Assembly (NCBI GenBank): GCA_951406725.2
Contig: OX597820.1
Span: forward strand, 96,348,001-96,412,000
Reading direction: 5' to 3'
Length of the DNA stretch: 64,000 bases
Origin: Octopus vulgaris
Taxonomy: Eukaryota
Positions 57,000-64,000 of this stretch are shown piece by piece (the stretch's first letter is position 1; every line of letters starts with the position of its first letter). Below the pieces are notes generated by a model. The model was given only the letters and a program-made list of their open reading frames with translations, had not been told where the DNA came from and made no database searches. A program made the position numbers and the translations under genes.

Positions 57000-59244
57000 T
57001 TAATTTCTCTGTGTCAGTATGTTCGGATGGTTGAGTCTGGGTTTGTACTTTTCAATGAAGAATGTTTCCTTGTTCAGTCTCATTTGTGTTGATGATCCGA
57101 AAGCACATTGGTAAAATGGGAAGATTAAAAATTGTGGCAGTAGTTGCTTTGCGCATTTCTCAATGTGCTCACTAAAAGGTATCATTCTATATTCTGGGAA
57201 TGCAATCTGTTGTCGATGCAGTGTGCATCTGCGCCTGAGTGATAGTCCCGTGGAACCCACGTAGTCTTGGTGGCAGCCCGAGCATTTAATAACATAAATT
57301 ATGTTTTCAGAGGCACAAGTAAAGTTAGATTTGATCTTAAATTTCTGTCCTTCTTTAAAGAAGAATTCTGATCCTTCCAATAGGTTAGGACATGTTGCAC
57401 AGTTCGATCTACCACATTTTTATACTTTTGCATCCGTAATTTTAGAAGACAATTTTGCCTTTGTGAGAATCTTTTTAAGTGATTTAGGCTGTTTGTAGCT
57501 TTTAATGATTTGGTGTATGTTTAGAATTTCCTTTAATTTTGGGTTTTTATGAAGTATTGGTAAATTCTGGGTGATGATGGTGAAGGCTTCTTTGTTTCTG
57601 GGGTTGTATGTAGATATGTAAGGTAGTATTTTCGGGGAAGGTGTGTTGTTGTGTTGAACTTTTCTTAAAGTTTCTATGTTGATTTCTGTTGCACGTCTGA
57701 TCCCATCCTCTATGAGTTGAGCTGGGTAATGTCTGTCAATTAGGGTGTTTTTGAGTTCTTGCAGTCTAAAGTTCCTGGTATTTTGTTCTGACACTATTGT
57801 GCATATCCTTCTTGCAAGGTTGAAGGGGATGTTTGTTTTAGTGTGTCTTGGGTGGCATGAATTAAAAGAAGGTATTGTTTGGCGTCTGTGGCTTTGTAAA
57901 AAATGTCTGTTTCTATTTTAAGGTTAATTTTTTTAATTAGTATATCCAAGAACGGGAGCTCCTTTTGGTTGTATTCCATTGTGAACTGTATATTTGGGTT
58001 TATGCTGTTCAATAGGTTTTTAAATTTTAGGAGTTTATCTATGTTTTCATTCCAGAGAATGAAACAATCGTCTAGGAATCGTTTCCAATTCTCTTTTATG
58101 TATTGAGAGAGGGAGTTTCCAAAGATTGATAGAGATTCCTGGTAAATGATTATTTCCATGTATCCCATTGTTAAGTTCGCAATGACTGGTGCTGCCCTTG
58201 TACCCATAGCAATTCCGGATTTTTGACGGTAAAATGTATTGTCAAACATGAAGTGGTTATTGTGTAGGATGAATTCAATTGATTTAGTAATGAATTCCTT
58301 ACTGATCCTTTTTGGTATTTCTTCCGGAAATTGGTCTAACCAGAATTGTATTGCCTCCAGTCCATAATTATGAGGTATACTGGTATACAAGTTGACTACA
58401 TCAAATGAAACCAGGATTGTTTCTTCCTTGGTTTTTTTTGGAAGGTGGTTTAACATATCTAAGTCATCTCTGATATGGCTATCGATATGTTTAAGGAAGG
58501 GTTTCAAGAGGATGTCCATAAGTAGACTTAGTCTGTGTGTTTCACAGGTTGGGCCAGCTACAATGGGTCGTAGTTTTAGGTCCCCGGATTAGGTGTGTGT
58601 ATGTATGTCTTTGGTGATTTTTTAATGGTTTCATTTATAATTTGACTTTTATGAATTTTTGGCAGACCATAGAAAAGGCTAGGTTTGCATTTGAAGTTTG
58701 TTAGGAAATCAATCTCTTTCTCTTTGGTTGTTAGTTCCTTTTCATGGGTTTTAATTAGTGAAGATAGAGTTTTCATTATTTTTTGTGGGGTGTAGTTGGT
58801 AATTTTTTCATAATGTAGGTCGTCATCAAGCAAGGAAATTACAAGATTTCTGTAGTATGATGTATCCATTATTACAACTGCATTTCCCTTGTCTGCTTCC
58901 TTAATGGTTATATCCTCATCATTTTGAAGTTCTATCAGTTCTTTCCATTGTGTAGTGTTAAAATTTGGGTTAGCTTTCTGTTTATGTATAGTATGGTAGG
59001 GGAAGTTCTCAATGTGGTTACAGAATTCGTCAAGATCTTTATTTCTTCCTCTGTGTGGGATGTGTTCACTTTTGTTCTTGACTAGTGATTCATCTTCAGT
59101 ATTGAAACTGTTTGATGCTTCTGCTAGTCTTAATTTTCTGCAAAATTCTGTTATATTATCCTTGAGTTCATTTAGGTTTGCTCTGCGTGGAGTTGGTGTA
59201 AATTTGAGCCCTTTTGCGAGGATGTCAATTTTTATGTTAGAAAG
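57000..59244 (-). pseudogene. PLE RT + GIY-YIG polyprotein, left arm, two frameshifts and one premature stop
   Basis: ORFs 58576-59406, 57794-58519, 57420-57794 and 57000-57380 reproduce the right-arm protein. The spacer adds the upstream PLE motif LAKGLKFTPTP. Confidence 0.93.
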
Positions 59245-59245
59245 A

Positions 59246-61412
59246 AATGAACTCAAGGATAATATAACAGAATTTTGCAGAAAATTAAGACTAGCAGAAG
59301 CATCAAACAGTTTCAATACTGAAGATGAATCACTTGTCAAGAACAAAAGTGAACACATCCCACACAGAGGAAGAAATAAAGATCTTGACGAATTCTGTAA
59401 CCACATTGAGAACTTCCCCTACCATACTATACATAAACAGAAAGCTAACCCAAATTTTAACACTACACAATGGAAAGAACTGATAGAACTCCAAAATGAT
59501 GAAGATATAACCATTAAGGAAGCGGACAAGGGAAATGCAGTTGTAATAATGGATACATCATACTACAGAAATCTTGTAATTTCCTTGCTTGATGAAGACC
59601 TACATTATGAAAAAATTACCAACTACACCCCACAAAAAATAATGAAAACTCTATCTTCACTAATTAAAACCCACGAAAAGGAACTGACAACCAAAGAGAT
59701 TGATTTCCTAACAAACTTTAAATGCAAACCTAGCCTTTTCTATGGTCTGCCAAAAATTCATAAAAGTCAAATTATAAATGAAACCATTAAAAAATCACCA
59801 AAGACATACATACACACACCTAATCCGGGGACCTAAAACTACGACCCATTGTAGCTGGCCCAACCTGTGAAACACACAGACTAAGTCTACTTATGGACAT
59901 CCTCTTGAAACCCTTCCTTAAACATATCGATAGCCATATCAGAGATGACTTAGATATGTTAAACCACCTTCCAAAAAAACCAAGGAAGAAACAATCCTGG
60001 TTTCATTTGATGTAGTCAACTTGTATACCAGTATACCTCATAATTATGGACTGGAGGCAATACAATTCTGGTTAGACCAATTTCCGGAAGAAATACCAAA
60101 AAGGATCAGTAAGGAATTCATTACTAAATCAATTGAATTCATCCTACACAATAACCACTTCATGTTTGACAATACATTTTACCGTCAAAAATCCGGAATT
60201 GCTATGGGTACAAGGGCAGCACCAGTCATTGCGAACTTAACAATGGGATACATGGAAATAATCATTTACCAGGAATCTCTATCAATCTTTGGAAACTCCC
60301 TCTCTCAATACATAAAAGAGAATTGGAAACGATTCCTAGACGATTGTTTCATTCTCTGGAATGAAAACATAGATAAACTCCTAAAATTTAAAAACCTATT
60401 GAACAGCATAAACCCAAATATACAGTTCACAATGGAATACAACCAAAAGGAGCTCCCGTTCTTGGATATACTAATTAAAAAAATTAACCTTAAAATAGAA
60501 ACAGACATTTTTTACAAAGCCACAGACGCCAAACAATACCTTCTTTTTAATTCATGCCACCCAAGACACACTAAAACAAACATCCCCTTCAACCTTGCAA
60601 GAAGGATATGCACAATAGTGTCAGAACAAAATACCAGGAACTTTAGACTGCAAGAACTCAAAAACACCCTAATTGACAGACATTACCCAGCTCAACTCAT
60701 AGAGGATGGGATCAGACGTGCAACAGAAATCAACATAGAAACTTTAAGAAAAGTTCAACACAACAACACACCTTCCCCGAAAATACTACCTTACATATCT
60801 ACATACAACCCCAGAAACAAAGAAGCCTTCACCATCATCACCCAGAATTTACCAATACTTCATAAAAACCCAAAATTAAAGGAAATTCTAAACATACACC
60901 AAATCATTAAAAGCTACAAACAGCCTAAATCACTTAAAAAGATTCTCACAAAGGCAAAATTGTCTTCTAAAATTACGGATGCAAAAGTAAAAAAATGTGG
61001 TAGATCGAACTGTGCAACATGTCCTAACCTATTGGAAGGATCAGAATTCTTCTTTAAAGAAGGACAGAAATTTAAGATCAAATCTAACTTTACTTGTGCC
61101 TCTGAAAACATAATTTATGTTATTAAATGCTCGGGCTGCCACCAAGACTACGTGGGTTCCACGGGACTATCACTCAGGCGCAGATGCACACTGCATCGAC
61201 AACAGATTGCATTCCCAGAATATAGAATGATACCTTTTAGTGAGCACATTGAGAAATGCGCAAAGCAACTACTGCCACAATTTTTAATCTTCCCATTTTA
61301 CCAATGTGCTTTCGGATCATCAACACAAATGAGACTGAACAAGGAAACATTCTTCATTGAAAAGTACAAACCCAGACTCAACCATCCGAACATACTGACA
61401 CAGAGAAATTAA
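59246..61412 (+). pseudogene. PLE reverse transcriptase + GIY-YIG endonuclease polyprotein, right arm, two frameshifts (~59830, ~59975)
   Basis: Motifs: KEADKGNAVV, FYGLPKIHK, RPIV, SFDVVNLYTSIP, QKSGIAMGT, RFLDD, FLDI, SCHP, Cys linker CGRSNCATC, GIY-YIG-like IIYVIKC..DYVGST..RCTLH. ORFs 59012-59836 and 60021-61412. Confidence 0.93.
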
Positions 61413-61548
61413 CAAGGAAATGGGAAAAAAAATTTTTAAGCGATTATCTCCCCTACACCGGAAAAAATCACTCACTACCTCCCCTTATTTAGAAATCTCC
61501 TGGAAGTAAAAACAACGATAATTCCATGCAATATAAACATAACGTCAC

Positions 61549-61588
61549 AAGAAATTTGAAAAGCTACACGCGAAACCGGTAATTTCTT
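61549..61588 (+). ncRNA. Minimal type I hammerhead-like ribozyme, U3-A8 core variant, in PLE 3' UTR
   Basis: aagaaat / TTGAAAA / GC-tacac-GC / GAAACCGGTA / atttctt: 7-bp stem I, palindromic stem III (ACCGGT), GUA cleavage triplet. Confidence 0.7.
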
Positions 61589-62602
61589 TAAAAATTTTAA
61601 AATTATGTCATTTTAAGGAAAGGAAAAAAAATTTTTCCAATATTCTCCAGACATTTTGACACAAATATATATATTTTTTAACATTTAAGCCTTCTGTCGT
61701 TTTTTCACACTTTACTATTTTCTTATATATTCACCCACGTGATTTACCAAACAAACTTTCTTATCTATATATATATATATATACATATATACATATATAC
61801 ATATATATATAGTCGTCATTAATTTTATGCTTAAAATTCCTTTAACTCTAACTTTTTAGTCGGTGGGGTCACTCTCACTTCTACACCTATTTTATTAACA
61901 CTATCACTAACGAATCAAAGTAATTCCAGAGTAACCACACATGCTGCATGCACTACAATCTAAATTTTCTGAGTTCAACAATTATATTCTTTTTGCTTAA
62001 GTCCACTTCTTGTGATCAACAGTCTGGTAGATCAGATTTTTCAATATTTTTCGAAGTTTCGTACTTGCACGTGCAACATCAAGTGAAATCACATTAGTAA
62101 GATAATTATTTTAAAATAATTCAACTCTCTTTGTAATTTGTTCTCACTATTTCTTACTTCTCTTGGTCGTTCTAATCTTACCCAAGCGCTATATCATTTA
62201 AAATTGTAAATTCTCACTTGAACATCATTGAAATAAGTATTGTCCAGCGTAATACCATTGCAATTTCAAGTTAGAGAAGTCTAAATGATAAGCCATAGCA
62301 AGTAACAACCGTTGTACAAGCGGCTATGTACACACAGTTACCCTCATATTAAAAGACAACCCAAGGTCCATAAAATGCTGATTATGTCAATAAGTTGTGC
62401 ATGTACAACCAAAGTTGTATAGAGAGAAACAGCTAACCAAGCAATCTGAAACACGTGACATACAGGGCATCGAATGAAAAATAAAATATTAATCATCATC
62501 ACAATTAATATATTTAGTGCTGCTTTTTGAGTGAGTTTGAGGTGAATCAGAAGACCCTTCGTCATATATATTTAGCGTTATATACATGTATATATTTTAC
62601 GT

Positions 62603-62636
<34 letters not shown>

Positions 62637-62640
62637 TGTA

Positions 62641-62714
<74 letters not shown>

Positions 62715-62953
62715 TTTAACGAAGCTTTAGCGAGAAGCAGTGTTTAGGTATGAGTAAAATTTAGGTTAGTTTTAATCAAAATAGCTTGAAACATCGATGT
62801 CAGAGATTCCTAATAGAGGGCGACACCGAAAGAACCGGTGTTTTCATACCTTTTTACCATAAGAGAGATTTCTTCTCCATGGTAACTGCAGTGTATTTGC
62901 CTTTTAGCAGTTGAAATGGCACAAACATATTCCGACTTGCCTAAATTCTGCTC

Positions 62954-63021
<68 letters not shown>

Positions 63022-63258
63022 CAACACGGATGCAGCACGAAGCTTTGTCAGTGAACAAGTCGCGGTCTCAAAGCGACGAAAATATTTTGACAAATTAAAT
63101 TTAAATATTGAAGTGAATCTAACGGTTTTGTGTGTTTCTTAAATGGCTTATAAACACCTTCCACGCCGCAATTGTTTTCGTTCCAGCACACGATCTCAGA
63201 TCAAGTCACTCGCTATGCAAGTACATCTCCGTAATATATATATATATATATATATACT

Positions 63259-63289
<31 letters not shown>

Positions 63290-63305
63290 GTATTTATGTA
63301 TGTAA

Positions 63306-63385
<80 letters not shown>

Positions 63386-63389
<4 letters not shown>

Positions 63390-63931
63390 ATACTAAGTAA
63401 TTAAGGGTTTAGCAACGAATTGCCTCACCAACACACCGAATTTAGAAATAGCAGTCAAAGAGATATAGCTATTCCTTCTACTAAAAGGGGGATCTCAGTA
63501 AAAACACAGCACTTGAAAGGCAAACACAGACAGGTAAGAAAAGAAAGAATGAAATGACGGCAATCTATCATGCAATTTTAAGTTACCTACGGACGTACGT
63601 TTCGAGATCAAACTTGATCTCGAAACGTACGTCCGTAGGTAACTTAAAATTGCATGATAGATTGCCGTCATTTCATTCTTTCTTTCTTACCTGTCTGTGT
63701 TTGCCTTTCAAGTGCTGTGTTTTTACTGAGATCCCCCTTTTAGTAGAAGGAATAGCTATATCTCTTTGACTGCTATTTCTAAATTCGGTGTGTTGGTGAG
63801 GCAATTCGTTGCTAAACCCTTAATTACTTAGTATTACTTAAATTTTCCTCGAATGGGGCTTTTACATGCCGAAATCTACTTGGTGTAATTGATAATTATC
63901 CCTAATTAATTAATTTCACCCTTTATTATTA

Positions 63932-63935
<4 letters not shown>
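63386..63935. mobile_element. Fold-back PLE pLTR fragment: ~225-bp near-perfect palindrome plus ~97-nt tail, (TA)n-flanked
   Basis: 63386-63611 pairs with 63614-63838 (2-nt loop, one 1-nt indel). Arms contain GAAAC-GTAC-GTC, an HHR 3' half. Confidence 0.85.
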
Positions 63936-63979
<44 letters not shown>

Positions 63980-64000
63980 TGTTTGCTTTTATGTTCAGTT

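Larger units (their letters stand above)
56691..61765. mobile_element. Head-to-head inverted pair of 5'-truncated Penelope-like (Neptune-type) retroelements forming a ~5 kb palindrome in (TA)n
   Basis: Left arm 56691-59173 is the reverse complement of right arm 59245-61721, with a 71-nt spacer. ORF translations on the two strands match. (TA)n lies at both outer ends and the right arm has a ~45-nt extension. Confidence 0.95.

Noticed and set aside
59820-59840. Programmed -1 frameshift in the PLE ORF
   Set aside because: No X XXY YYZ slippery heptamer. PLEs normally have a single ORF, so a 1-bp loss in a G run or a sequencing error is more likely.
57301-61111. Antisense ORFs within PLE arms (and within the Dong LINEs)
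   Set aside because: Shadow frames of the real coding strand with no independent motifs.

Overview
AT-rich eukaryotic DNA with dense (TA)n, (CA)n, (TAA)n and (TACA)n microsatellites. The repeat landscape resembles an octopus/cephalopod genome (inference from repeat types, not verified). I found no credible host protein-coding gene; almost all short ORFs in the track are microsatellite translations. The window is a mosaic of transposons: Penelope-like retroelements (PLEs; RT + GIY-YIG), R4/Dong-type RLE LINEs in (TAA)n tracts, an L1/Tx1-like RT remnant, Tc1 and mariner remnants, a piggyBac fragment, Helitron/HINE-like non-autonomous elements and at least three tRNA-derived SINE families. The most striking structure is a ~5 kb head-to-head palindrome (56691-61765) of two near-identical Neptune-like PLE copies in (TA)n, each ending in a variant hammerhead ribozyme (HHR). 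A similar fold-back architecture (usually (TA)n-flanked, often with one arm extended by a tail and the fold point in or next to an HHR motif) recurs at least six more times at 0.15-0.55 kb scale. About a dozen HHR or HHR-like motifs are visible. All alignments and folds were done by eye, so boundaries are approximate.
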